Shown here: piece by piece, positions 22,401 through 31,585 of the stretch
Layout: each line of letters begins with the position of its first letter
Position numbering within the stretch: position 1 is the first letter of the stretch
Assembly (NCBI GenBank): GCA_964019335.1
Contig: OZ025710.1
Span: 62,001 to 126,000, forward strand
Length of the DNA: 64,000 nt
DNA from: Diplonema japonicum
Taxonomy: Eukaryota; Protista; Euglenozoa: Diplonemea
Direction of reading: 5' to 3'
Made by a program: the position numbers and the translations under genes
Notes under the pieces: model-generated
Told to the model about the DNA's origin: nothing
Databases searched by the model: none
Seen by the model: only the letters and a program-made list of their open reading frames with translations

Positions 22401-25400
22401 GTGTTGTGCTTCTCGGTTGCAGCAAGTGTCTTCTTTACTTCTGCAATCTGTGCCTCAAGTGCCTTGCAGTCCTTTGCTAGTGTTGCCTTCTCATTTGACA
22501 CTTGTTTGAAGTCCTCGTCGGCCTGCTTCTTGATGTCTTGTTGCTTCTTCAGCTCAGCTTGCAGCTTCTTCGCCTCCTCTGCTGCCTTCGCCACCTGACC
22601 TTCCTTTGCTTGGGTTGCCTTCGTCACCTCAGCAAGTTTTGCTTCAACTGAAGACTTCTCACCAGTGAGCTGCTTCACCTGCTCATCCATCTGTTTCTTG
22701 ATGTCTTGTTGCTTCTTCAGCTCAGCCTGAAGCTTCTTCGCCTCCTCTGCTGCCTTCGCCACCTGACCTTCCTTTGCTTGGGTTGCCTTCGTCATCTCGG
22801 CAAGCTTCGCTTCAACTGAAGACTTCTCACCAGTGAGCTGCTTCACCTCCTTCTCCGACTGCTTCCTTGCATCGTCTGTCTTCTTCAGCTCAACTTGAAG
22901 CTTCTTCAGTTCCTCTGCCCCCTTCGCCTTCTCCTGAGATGATTGGCTTTCCTTGGCTTGTGCGGATTTCGTTGCCTCAGCAAGCTTCCCAGCCAAAGAG
23001 GACTTTTCTTCACCAAGCTTCGTGAGCTGTGCCACCTGATCAGAGGACTTCTTCTTCAGGTCGTTGAGCTCAGTCTGAAGGGTGATGCCATGCTTCTTCT
23101 CGTCTGCAACCTTTTGCTCGGCAGCTGACAGGGACATCGCTGTGGTTTCCACCTTTGCTTCGAGTGCCTTGCAATCTCTTGTGAGTGTTGCCTTCTCACT
23201 CGAAACTTGTTTGAAGTCCTCATCAGCCTGCTTCTTGATGTCTTGTTGTTTTTTCAGCTCAGCTTGCAGCTTCTTCCTCTCATCTGATATCTGGATTTCC
23301 CTTGCTTTTGAGGCCTTCGCTGTCTCAGCCAACTTTGTTTCAAGCGATGCTTTCTCCTGAGTAAGTTCCTTCAGTTCATTAGCAGTCTTCTGAACGCGTT
23401 TCTCGTTGTCGCTGAGCTGCGCTGCCTGTTTGGTGGTGAGCTTCTCAGAGGCGGACAGTTGCTTCTGCAGCGCTTCTTCGGCCTCAACCTTCTTTCCTGT
23501 GAGCAGCTTGAGCTCAGCTTCAGTTCCTTGTAACAACTTCTTGAGGTCGCTTACCTTCTGCTCTAGTGATGTGACGGAGGCGGTGCCCTTCTTCTTTTCT
23601 TGTTCCAACAACTTTCGCAATTCCTGGTTGGCATTCGACGTTGCCTTCTTGTTGTCTGCCAGCTGCTTCTGGAGAGCCGTCCTTTCGTCAAGCAGCGTAT
23701 TGAATTCGGCCTCTTGCAACTCCTTTGCATCCTGTGCCAGCTGGATGCTTGTGTCGAGTTGTTGTTTTGTGCTCTGCCATTTATTTTGCTCCGCCTCGAG
23801 CCTCTGCACTGTCTGCTTTAACTCCACCACTTCCATGCTAATGTCGGTTTTCTCTGCACGCAAGATTCGCATGTCCTTGCCGGCCTTCTCTTGTTGCTTC
23901 ACCAGCCTCTCACCGCTTGTTTTTACATCCTTCAGCAAGTTCGCGATGTTGTGCTGCATCTCCTTGATAGTGCTCTGTGCGCCGCGCATCTCATCAACAT
24001 GCTCGTCAGCAGCCTTCGCAGCTGCAGCCAGCTTGTCTTTTGAGGAGGACTTCTCGTCAGAAACATTCTTTTGTGCCGTTTCCAGCTGTTTCTCCATTGC
24101 ATCGAGCTTCTTTTGCAGAGAACACTTCTCAACGCTATGTTGTTGTCCCGCGTCTTTCAGTACCTTCCTGAGATCTACTAGTTTCGTTTCGAGTGCCTTG
24201 CAGTCCTTTGCTAGTGTTGCCTTCTCATTCGACACTTGTTTGAAGTCCTCGTCGGCCTGCTTCTTGATGTCATGTTGCTTCTTCAGCTCAGCCTGCAACT
24301 TCTTCACATCCTCTGCTCCCTTCGCTTTCTCGTGTGCTGCCTGGCTTTCTTTGGCTTGTGTCGACTTCATTGCCTCGCTGAGTTTGGACTCCAACGAAGA
24401 CTTCTCACTAGTGAGTTGCTTCACCTTTTCATCCATCTGCTTCTTCAAGTGCTCAAGCTTCGTGAGCTGTGCCACCTGATCAGAGGACTTCTTCTTCAGG
24501 TCGTTGAGTTCAGTCTGAAGGGTGCTGCCATGCTTCTTCTCAGTATCCATTGCTTGTTCAGAAGTAGCAAGAGCCTCCTCTATGGCCCTTACCTGCGCTT
24601 CGAGTGCCTTGCAGTCCTTCGAAAGTGTCGCCTTCTCACTCGAAACTTGTTTGAAGTCCTCGTCGGCCTGCTTCTTGATGTTTTGTTGCTTCTTCAGTTC
24701 AGCTTGCAGCTTCTTGAATTCTTCTGCTGACTTCGCCTTCTCGTGTGTTGCCTGGTTCTCCTTGGCTTGTGTCGATTTCACCGCCTCGCTGAGTTTGGAC
24801 TCCAATGAAGACTTCTCACCAGCAAACTGCTTCACCTGCTCATCCATCTGTTTCTTGATGTCTTGTTGCTTCTTCAGCTCAGCCTGAAGCTTCTTCACAT
24901 CCTCTGCTGCCTTCGCCACCTGACCTTCCTTTGCTTGTGTTGCCTTCGTCATCTCGGCAAGCTTCGCTTCAACTGAAGACTTCTCACCAGTGAGCTGCTT
25001 CACCTCCTTCTCCGACTGCTTCCTTGCATCGTCTGTCTTCTTCAGCTCAACTTGAAGCTTCTTCAGTTCCTCTGCCCCCTTCGCCTTCTCCTGAGATGAT
25101 TGGCTTTCCTTGGCTTGTGCGGATTTCATTGCCTCAGCAAGCTTCCCAGCCAAAGAGGACTTTTCTTCACTGAGCTGTTTTGCTTGCACCTCAAGCTTCG
25201 TGTGCTGTGCCACCTGATCAGAGGACTTCTTCTTCAGGTCGTTGAGCTCAGTCTGAAGGGTGCTGCCATGCTTCTTCTCGTCTGCAACCTTTTGCTCAGA
25301 AGCTGACAGGGACTTCTTTGCTTCCACCAACTGTGCCTGCAGGGCGCTCTTTTCACTGGCTGCCTTTTGCTGCACGTCACCTGCCTCCTTCTCGTGCTTC

Positions 25401-28400
25401 TTGAAACTTGCTTCTGATACCTTCTTCAAGTCTGCTATCTGTGTCTCGAGTGCCTTGCAGTCCTTTGCTAGTGTTGCCTTCTCATTCGACACTTGTTTGA
25501 AGTCCTCATCAGCCTGCTTCTTGATGTCTTGTTGCTTCTTCAGCTCAGCCTGAAGCTTCCTCGCCTCTTCCGCTGTCTTTGCCTCAACGACACCTTTTTC
25601 GCTAACAAGCTTCTTGTACTGCACCTCATGGTCAGATGATCTTTTCTTCATCTCGTCAAAGTCAGTTTGCAGAGTCGTGTTGTGCTTCTCGGTTGCAGCA
25701 AGTGTCTTCTTTACTTCTGCAATCTGTGCCTCAAGTGCCTTGCAGTCCTTTGCTAGTGTTGCCTTCTCATTTGACACTTGTTTGAAGTCCTCGTCGGCCT
25801 GCTTCTTGATGTCTTGTTGCTTCTTCAGCTCAGCTTGCAGCTTCTTCGCCTCCTCTGCTGCCTTCGCCACCTGACCTTCCTTTGCTTGGGTTGCCTTCGT
25901 CACCTCAGCAAGTTTTGCTTCAACTGAAGACTTCTCACCAGTGAGCTGCTTCACCTGCTCATCCATCTGTTTCTTGATGTCTTGTTGCTTCTTCAGCTCA
26001 GCCTGAAGCTTCTTCGCCTCCTCTGCTGCCTTCGCCACCTGACCTTCCTTTGCTTGTGTTGCCTTCGTCATCTCAGCAAGCTTCGCTTCAACTGAAGACT
26101 TCTCACCAGTGAGCTGCTTCACCTCCTTCTCCGACTGCTTCCTTGCATCGTCTGTCTTCTTCAGCTCAACTTGAAGCTTCTTCAGTTCCTCTGCCCCCTT
26201 CGCCTTCTCCTGAGATGATTGGCTTTCCTTGGCTTGTGCGGATTTCATTGCCTCAGCAAGCTTCCCAGCCAAAGAGGACTTTTCTTCACTGAGCTGTTTT
26301 GCTTGCACCTCAAGCTTCGTGTGCTGTGCCACCTGATCAGAGGACTTCTTCTTCAGGTCGTTGAGTTCAGTCTGAAGGGTGCTGCCATGCTTCTTCTCAG
26401 TATCCATTGCTTGTTCAGAAGTAGCAAGAGCCTCCTCTATGGACCTTACCTGCGCCTCGAGTGCCTTGCAGTCCTTCGAGAGTGTCGCCTTTTCACTCAA
26501 AACCTGTTTGAAGTCCTCATCAGCCTGCTTCTTGATGTCATGTTGCTTCTTCAGCTCAGCTTGCAGCTTCTTTAATTCTTCCGCGGCTTTTGAAACATGA
26601 CACTCTTTTGCCTGAGCTGTTTTCGTTGCTTCAGTGAGCTTCGTCGCCAGCGTAGACTTCTCACCCGCAAGTGTCTGCGCCTGTTCGTCCACCTGCTTCT
26701 TCAAACTCTCGAGCTTCTTGTGCTGAGCTTCCTGATCAGCTGACCTCTTCCTCAACTCGTCGAGGTCAGTTTGCAGAGTGATGTTGTGCTTCTTCTCAAC
26801 TTCAACAAGTCGCTCAGTGGCGGTGAGGGTCTTCCTTATCTCTTCCAATTGCGCCTGTAGCGTAGTCTTGTCAGTCGTGACCTGCCTGAGGTCTGCGTCA
26901 GTTTGCTTCTTCACGTCTTTTTGCTTCTTCAGCTCGGCCTGCAACTTTGTAACTCCTTGATGCACTTTTGTCTTTTCCTGTGCCTCTTGGGTAGCCTTGT
27001 CCTGAGCAGCCTTTGCAACTTCGCACTGTTCGGACTTCTCAAGCTCAAGACGTTCTAGCTTCTTGCTCAGTTCTTTCTTGACACCTTCAAGCTTGGAGTG
27101 CTGCACCTCCTGCTCCGAACACTTCTTCTGTAAGTCGTCCAGCTCCTTTGCCACCTGCATCTTCGCTTCCTCTGCCCGCTTGCTTATCTCCAGAACCTTG
27201 GCATCTAGCGAGGACTTCTCAGCCGTAAGCTGCTTCACCTGCTCGTCCAAACACTGCTTCGAGTTCTCAAGCTTTTCCGTCTGTTGGCCTCGCTCGGACA
27301 ACTTGTTCTTCAGCTCAGCAAGCTGTGTGTCGAGTACGGCCTTCTCGCCCGATACTTTAGCGATGTCCACGTCTGCCTGTCTCTTCATATCTTGCAGTTT
27401 CCCTAACTCGGACTGGAATTTGTGTGTTTCAGCAGCTGTCTTAGTTCTCTCTTTTGTCATTTGGCTTTCTCTTTCTTGTGCTGCTTTCGTTATCTCGGCG
27501 AGCTTGGCCTGAAGTGCAGAATTCTCACCAACCAGTTTCTTCACCTCGTCGTCCGCTTGCTTCCTGGCGGCCTCGAGCTTCGTCACGTACTTCTCCTTCT
27601 CGCCAAGCTGCGCCAGTCGCTCTGCGGTGCTCTTCTCTGCTGCCATGAGCTGCTTCTGCACAGCGTCCTTGTCAGCCCCCACCTTCTCTTGCTGCGCAAT
27701 GTTCTGCTTCAACACATCCAGCTGCGTACACCTCTCCTTTGTCGCTTCTTCCACTTTCTGCTTCAAATTGGCGACCTCCTTCAGCAAATTGCTCTTTTCA
27801 TTGTCAGCCTGTTTCAGTTTCTTCGCCTCTACATCTGCGGACTGGAGGGCAGTTGTCAGTTGTGCTTTGAGCTCGTCGTGTTTCCTCGTGATCACCGTCT
27901 TTTCGTTTCGCAGTTGTTCTAAATCCACATCTGCCGACTTCCTACTCTTCTGCAGGTTCTTAAGCTCGGCCTGTAATTGCTTCGCGCCCTCTGCTCCCTT
28001 TGCTTGTTCCTGTTCTAAAGTATCAACCTTAGCCTCAAACTGTTTCTTTACGCCCTCAAGCTTGGAGCACTGCATTTCCTGTTCCGAACATTTTTTCTTC
28101 AAGTTGGTAAGTTGCACTTCAAGAACAGACTTTTCCTGCCCCGCTTGCTTCTTTGCTTCCTCAGCCGCTCTCTTTGCGTTCTCCAACTGCGCCTGCAGGG
28201 TGCTCTTCTCACTAGTTACCTTCTGCTGGAGGTCATCTGCAGTCTTTTTGTGGGTTTTTGCTGCTTCGTCAACCGCCTGCTTTGCGCTAGCGAGCGCCTT
28301 TTCGAGTGTTGCCTTCTCATTCGAAACTTGCATGAAGTCCTCATCAGCCTGCTTCTTGATGTCTTGTTGCTTCTTCAGCTCGATTTGCAGCTTCTTCACT

Positions 28401-31400
28401 TCTTCTGCTGCTTTCGCCTTTTCGAGTGCTGCCTGACTTTCTTTAGCTTGTGTCGACTTTGCTGCTTCGTTGAGTTTTGCCTCCAGCGAAGACTTTTCTT
28501 TGACAAGCAGCTGCGTTTGTTCTTTTGTTTTCTTCTCGAGACTCTCAAGCTTTGAACGCAGCGCGGTTTGTTCAGATGCGCCCTTCCTCACCTCGGCAAG
28601 TTGTGCCTCGAGGGTGTTCTTGTGCTTCTTCTCAACCTCGACCACCTGTTCGGTGGCAGCAAGGGCTTTCTTCACGTCTGCCACTTGTGTCTCGAGCGCT
28701 TTGCAATCCTTCTCAGTCTGATTGAACTTTGCATCTGCCTGCTTCGTGCGATCTTCTTGCTTCTTGAGGTCTGATCGAAGCTGCTCTGTGGCTTTCGTCA
28801 TGTGACGCTCTTTTTCTTGTGCCCTGACAAGCTCAGCCTCAACAGCCGACTTCCTCTTCGTGAGCTCCAGTACGTCTGCTGTAAGCTTGTGTGTCTCGGC
28901 GCTGGTCTTAGCGACGGACTGAGTTTTCTCATTGTTTGTGTCTCGCAACTGAGACTCAAGCCTTTTTTTCTCGTTCTCTGCCTTCGCAAGGGCTTCCTTA
29001 GCCTCGGCAAACCGCTCTGCTAGTGCTTTGTGATCCTTGGCGAGCATCGTCTTCTCGTTCTCCGCTTTCGCGATCTCTGCATCCATCCCTTTCCTGCTGT
29101 CTTGCAACTTCTTCACCTCTTCTTGGAGTTTTTTAGCACTGTCTGCTGCTTGAACTTCCCTCCCTGCCTGAACTTCACACAGCCGTGTTGCCTCTGCTAG
29201 CTGTGTCTCGAGCTGCGTGTTCACACTCACCAATCGCTTTACCTCGTCGTCCGTCTGCTGCTTCAGGCCCTCAAGCTTGGTGATGTACTTTTCCTTTTCA
29301 CTGAGTTGAGCTGCCCTTTCGGTGGCGTGCTTCTGAAACGAGTTTTTTTCGTTGACTGCCTGCTCCTGTTGGCTTTCAACTCTCTTGCATTCCTTTGCAA
29401 TAGAGTCTCTCTCATGTGTCAGCTGCATTGCACTTGCCTCCAGCTTCTTTTGAGCCTCGAGATGCTGCATGATATCTGCGATCTTGGCGTCCAGTTTTGC
29501 CTGCAGAGACTCCTTTTCAGTGCGCAGTGCTGTCGTCTCTTCTATGTTCCTCTGCGACAACTCTTTCATTTGCGCAGCAGATGTGCGCACTGCCTCGGCG
29601 AGCTTGGCCTGAAGTGCAGAATTTTCACCAACCAGTTTCTTCACCTCGTCGTCCGCTTGCTTCCTGGCGGCCTCGAGCTTCGTCACGTACTTCTCCTTCT
29701 CGCCAAGCTGCGCCAGTCGCTCTGCGGTGCTCTTTTCTGCTGCCATGAGCTGCTTCTGCACAGCGTCCTTGTCAGCCCCCACCCTCTGCTCTTGCTGCTT
29801 TTGGCGGTCAGCGGTCTCCTTCCTGAGTGAATGCACCGTCTCATCGGCAGCTTTCTTTGTTCTTTCAAGCTGCCCTTGCAGACTACCTATCTCACTGGCT
29901 GCTTGTTTTTGCTTTTCTTCTGCGTCATCGAGCGCTTTTCTCGCATTCACAAGCTCCGCCTGCATGGCCTCACCCCGCGTCCTCATGTCTTCTAGAGCTT
30001 TTTCCACCGAAGCGCGAGTTGTTTTTTCTGTGGTCGCTAGTTCTTGTGCTTCGTGACACGCTTTGAGATGCTGCTGTATTTGCTGCATAGCACCATTTAG
30101 CTCCTTATCGTGGTACGCCTTCTGTGTCTCTAGTTCCTTGGAGCCCGAAGCTGCAATGTCTTTTTCCATCTTTTGAACGGATCTCTTGCTCTCCTGCAGT
30201 TGCATGTCGAGAACTGACTTGTCGCTGTGCAGCCTCTTGACCTCATCATCTGCTTGCTTCTTGCTCTGCTCTAACTTGACGATAAGTTTTTCCCTCTCAG
30301 CCAGCTGCGTTCCTTGCTCCACAAGAGTCTTCTCCGCAGCAGATGCCTTGTTCTGTATTTCTGCGAATCGTGACTGTAGCTCGGGGATCTGGTTTGCCCG
30401 TGCTTCTAAGGACGCGGTGTAGGCCTTGATCTGGAGGTGTTGTTCCTTCAGTGCGGTGTGGTCCTGGGAGAGCTTGGCAAGGTCGCTGCTCGTCTCATGG
30501 TTGCCTGCGAGCACATCACGGAACTGGCTGAGCTGATTCTGAACGGAGTTGCGCTCGTTGGAACGCTTGCGGTACTCCTCGTTCTCCTTTTCCAACACGG
30601 TGAGCTGGAGCTGCGTGGCAACCTTCTCACCTTCGAGGGACGAGTTGCGTGTGAGGAGGCTGATCTTCTCGTCATTCAGTTCCGTCATGTTGCCCTTGCA
30701 AATGGATAGCTGCACTTGGAGTGTGTTCAGGTTATGCTGCAATTCAGCGTTCTGCCTGTTTAAGTGCGCATTCGACTCTTCGAGGCCTGCCGCTCTGGAG
30801 GCGTAGTACTCCATAGAGTGCCCACTGCTGGGGCGTCCGCTGCTGCGTCGAGGGGTGCTGGCCATGCTGACATTGTCGAAGTTGGACAGAGTGTCGTACT
30901 CGTCGTCCTCTTCTTCGTCACTGTCCTCTCGCAGATGGAACGGGATGAGCTTCTTGGCTTCCATCAGCTCGTCGTTCTTCCTCTTGGTGAGGATTTTCTG
31001 CATTTTCAGATGGTTGCTGGCGAGAAGCAGCCGGCTTGCCGTCGACTCCAGCTTGCGCGCATACTTGTTGCGCTCGTTCGTGAGCTCGCTCCACAACCCG
31101 ACATCCGCCTTGGCCTTGATCAGCTCTTCTTCGAAGTTCTGCGCACGCTGCTCCATCATCCTGTATGACACATGAAGCTTATCGAGGGCTCCTTTTATCT
31201 CGTCCCGTTCCACCCGCATGTTGTTTGCCCTCTCATGCGCCTCGCGCAACCTCTTCATGAGCTCCACCTTCCCATCGACCTCTGCACGGCCAAGTGTCAG
31301 CAGATCCTTTTCATTGTGCAGAGTCCTCACTTGCTCCTCTAATTCAAAAATCTTCTTTGTCAGTACTTCTTGCTTAAATCTGGACTTCGGAGGTAGTTGG

Positions 31401-31492
31401 TTGCCCTCTGCTCCCTTGTCCTCCAAGTGTCTGAACGGGTTCGCCAACGCGTCCCGCACATTCTCCGCGTAATCCATCATGAGGCCCAACAT
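19478..31492 (-). CDS. Giant (~4000 aa) repetitive coiled-coil protein, probably cytoskeletal
   Basis: 12-kb uninterrupted ORF, K/E/Q/A-rich heptads, recurring module KKLQAELKKQQDIKKQADEDFKQVSNEKATL.KDCKALE. Confidence 0.9.
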   Translation of the reverse strand: MLGLMMDYAENVRDALANPFRHLEDKGAEGNQLPPKSRFKQEVLTKKIFELEEQVRTLHNEKDLLTLGRAEVDGKVELMKRLREAHERANNMRVERDEIKGALDKLHVSYRMMEQRAQNFEEELIKAKADVGLWSELTNERNKYARKLESTASRLLLASNHLKMQKILTKRKNDELMEAKKLIPFHLREDSDEEEDDEYDTLSNFDNVSMASTPRRSSGRPSSGHSMEYYASRAAGLEESNAHLNRQNAELQHNLNTLQVQLSICKGNMTELNDEKISLLTRNSSLEGEKVATQLQLTVLEKENEEYRKRSNERNSVQNQLSQFRDVLAGNHETSSDLAKLSQDHTALKEQHLQIKAYTASLEARANQIPELQSRFAEIQNKASAAEKTLVEQGTQLAEREKLIVKLEQSKKQADDEVKRLHSDKSVLDMQLQESKRSVQKMEKDIAASGSKELETQKAYHDKELNGAMQQIQQHLKACHEAQELATTEKTTRASVEKALEDMRTRGEAMQAELVNARKALDDAEEKQKQAASEIGSLQGQLERTKKAADETVHSLRKETADRQKQQEQRVGADKDAVQKQLMAAEKSTAERLAQLGEKEKYVTKLEAARKQADDEVKKLVGENSALQAKLAEAVRTSAAQMKELSQRNIEETTALRTEKESLQAKLDAKIADIMQHLEAQKKLEASAMQLTHERDSIAKECKRVESQQEQAVNEKNSFQKHATERAAQLSEKEKYITKLEGLKQQTDDEVKRLVSVNTQLETQLAEATRLCEVQAGREVQAADSAKKLQEEVKKLQDSRKGMDAEIAKAENEKTMLAKDHKALAERFAEAKEALAKAENEKKRLESQLRDTNNEKTQSVAKTSAETHKLTADVLELTKRKSAVEAELVRAQEKERHMTKATEQLRSDLKKQEDRTKQADAKFNQTEKDCKALETQVADVKKALAATEQVVEVEKKHKNTLEAQLAEVRKGASEQTALRSKLESLEKKTKEQTQLLVKEKSSLEAKLNEAAKSTQAKESQAALEKAKAAEEVKKLQIELKKQQDIKKQADEDFMQVSNEKATLEKALASAKQAVDEAAKTHKKTADDLQQKVTSEKSTLQAQLENAKRAAEEAKKQAGQEKSVLEVQLTNLKKKCSEQEMQCSKLEGVKKQFEAKVDTLEQEQAKGAEGAKQLQAELKNLQKSRKSADVDLEQLRNEKTVITRKHDELKAQLTTALQSADVEAKKLKQADNEKSNLLKEVANLKQKVEEATKERCTQLDVLKQNIAQQEKVGADKDAVQKQLMAAEKSTAERLAQLGEKEKYVTKLEAARKQADDEVKKLVGENSALQAKLAEITKAAQERESQMTKERTKTAAETHKFQSELGKLQDMKRQADVDIAKVSGEKAVLDTQLAELKNKLSERGQQTEKLENSKQCLDEQVKQLTAEKSSLDAKVLEISKRAEEAKMQVAKELDDLQKKCSEQEVQHSKLEGVKKELSKKLERLELEKSEQCEVAKAAQDKATQEAQEKTKVHQGVTKLQAELKKQKDVKKQTDADLRQVTTDKTTLQAQLEEIRKTLTATERLVEVEKKHNITLQTDLDELRKRSADQEAQHKKLESLKKQVDEQAQTLAGEKSTLATKLTEATKTAQAKECHVSKAAEELKKLQAELKKQHDIKKQADEDFKQVLSEKATLSKDCKALEAQVRSIEEALATSEQAMDTEKKHGSTLQTELNDLKKKSSDQVAQHTKLEVQAKQLSEEKSSLAGKLAEAMKSAQAKESQSSQEKAKGAEELKKLQVELKKTDDARKQSEKEVKQLTGEKSSVEAKLAEMTKATQAKEGQVAKAAEEAKKLQAELKKQQDIKKQMDEQVKQLTGEKSSVEAKLAEVTKATQAKEGQVAKAAEEAKKLQAELKKQQDIKKQADEDFKQVSNEKATLAKDCKALEAQIAEVKKTLAATEKHNTTLQTDFDEMKKRSSDHEVQYKKLVSEKGVVEAKTAEEARKLQAELKKQQDIKKQADEDFKQVSNEKATLAKDCKALETQIADLKKVSEASFKKHEKEAGDVQQKAASEKSALQAQLVEAKKSLSASEQKVADEKKHGSTLQTELNDLKKKSSDQVAQHTKLEVQAKQLSEEKSSLAGKLAEAMKSAQAKESQSSQEKAKGAEELKKLQVELKKTDDARKQSEKEVKQLTGEKSSVEAKLAEMTKATQAKEGQVAKAAEDVKKLQAELKKQQDIKKQMDEQVKQFAGEKSSLESKLSEAVKSTQAKENQATHEKAKSAEEFKKLQAELKKQQNIKKQADEDFKQVSSEKATLSKDCKALEAQVRAIEEALATSEQAMDTEKKHGSTLQTELNDLKKKSSDQVAQLTKLEHLKKQMDEKVKQLTSEKSSLESKLSEAMKSTQAKESQAAHEKAKGAEDVKKLQAELKKQHDIKKQADEDFKQVSNEKATLAKDCKALETKLVDLRKVLKDAGQQHSVEKCSLQKKLDAMEKQLETAQKNVSDEKSSSKDKLAAAAKAADEHVDEMRGAQSTIKEMQHNIANLLKDVKTSGERLVKQQEKAGKDMRILRAEKTDISMEVVELKQTVQRLEAEQNKWQSTKQQLDTSIQLAQDAKELQEAEFNTLLDERTALQKQLADNKKATSNANQELRKLLEQEKKKGTASVTSLEQKVSDLKKLLQGTEAELKLLTGKKVEAEEALQKQLSASEKLTTKQAAQLSDNEKRVQKTANELKELTQEKASLETKLAETAKASKAREIQISDERKKLQAELKKQQDIKKQADEDFKQVSSEKATLTRDCKALEAKVETTAMSLSAAEQKVADEKKHGITLQTELNDLKKKSSDQVAQLTKLGEEKSSLAGKLAEATKSAQAKESQSSQEKAKGAEELKKLQVELKKTDDARKQSEKEVKQLTGEKSSVEAKLAEMTKATQAKEGQVAKAAEEAKKLQAELKKQQDIKKQMDEQVKQLTGEKSSVEAKLAEVTKATQAKEGQVAKAAEEAKKLQAELKKQQDIKKQADEDFKQVSNEKATLAKDCKALEAQIAEVKKTLAATEKHNTTLQTDFDEMKKRSSDHEVQYKKLVSEKGVVEAKTAEEARKLQAELKKQQDIKKQADEDFKQVSNEKATLAKDCKALETQIADLKKVSEASFKKHEKEAGDVQQKAASEKSALQAQLVEAKKSLSASEQKVADEKKHGITLQTELNDLKKKSSDQVAQLTKLEHLKKQADEHVKQLTGEKSSVEAKLAEMTKTSQTKEGQVAKAAEDVKTLQAELKKQQDIKKQGDEDFKQVSNEKATLSKDCNTLKNDILKAHADVEQMQKKSADSQKQASSLKSQVDEMKKASAKQAAEYTERIDMLEKVNVQSKKLTSEKSSLEAELKKLRAEMVKQQETGKRAMTERTELEKNCKSLEDELAAQKAEHSKQSAQARTTLEDLEMANHEDAKKAADEKRAAEGEVKKLQAELKKQQDIKKQADEDFKQVSNEKATLAKDCKALETQIADLKKVSEASFKKHEKEAGDVQQKAASEKSALQAQLVEAKKSLSASEQKVADEKKHGSTLQTELNDLKKKSSDQVAQHTKLEVQAKQLSEEKSSLAGKLAEAMKSAQAKESQSSQEKAKGAEELKKLQVELKKTDDARKQSEKEVKQLTGEKSSVEAKLAEMTKATQAKESQVAKAAEEAKKLQAELKDAQQVQHDLKHATDKSKAFATQVADLEKQLEASEQQSKKAEDKSKALELKMANLASTVKEQDDKMAEMEQEREEAAGKAREVMKLQMEKAGLKEKLEESKKETLKLERGITSLKAAGSGAEKELEEAKAKMQRMAEERSEVSSQQGNIDAMQGLLKQRDVELIKAQRELEQMKAFREHNEVSLKKEVKDLHVTNKALKKDNLEKDGVLVVMQDKVKEATRAAQTAKVGMKRKRDEDCLACKQYQKDLESNKKMQETTAEKFQRLKLLFQTKKEVMMERTKRLREEYGNKKIIIIINKKPSTFHKPSEDNKILQKLQESGRGNGRQSCPPPSLPGSAFDSSRMRKSV
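19620..19664 (-). other. Predicted 45-nt in-frame, stop-free cis intron
   Basis: GTATGGAAATAAAAAAATAATAATAATAATAAATAAAAAACCCAG; an AT-rich island in a GC-balanced CDS, read as YGNKKIIIIINKKPS if retained. Confidence 0.75.
20520..29790. repeat. Near-identical internal coding duplications in the giant gene
   Basis: Identical or near-identical antisense ORFs recur at offsets of 4353 (20747 vs 25100), 3276 (22338 vs 25614), 1077 (20907 vs 21984) and 2100 (27627 vs 29727). Confidence 0.9.
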
Positions 31493-31585
31493 TGTGTTTG
31501 CGGCCTCCTTGTCCTGTGGTGTAGTGCGGTGTGGTGTGGTGATGGTGCAACTAAGTATAAAGTGGGCGATTTTCAGCCCTTTGGG

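Noticed and set aside
20520-29790. Repeats as a CRISPR-like or satellite array
   Set aside because: They are in-frame coding duplications with no repeat-spacer structure.
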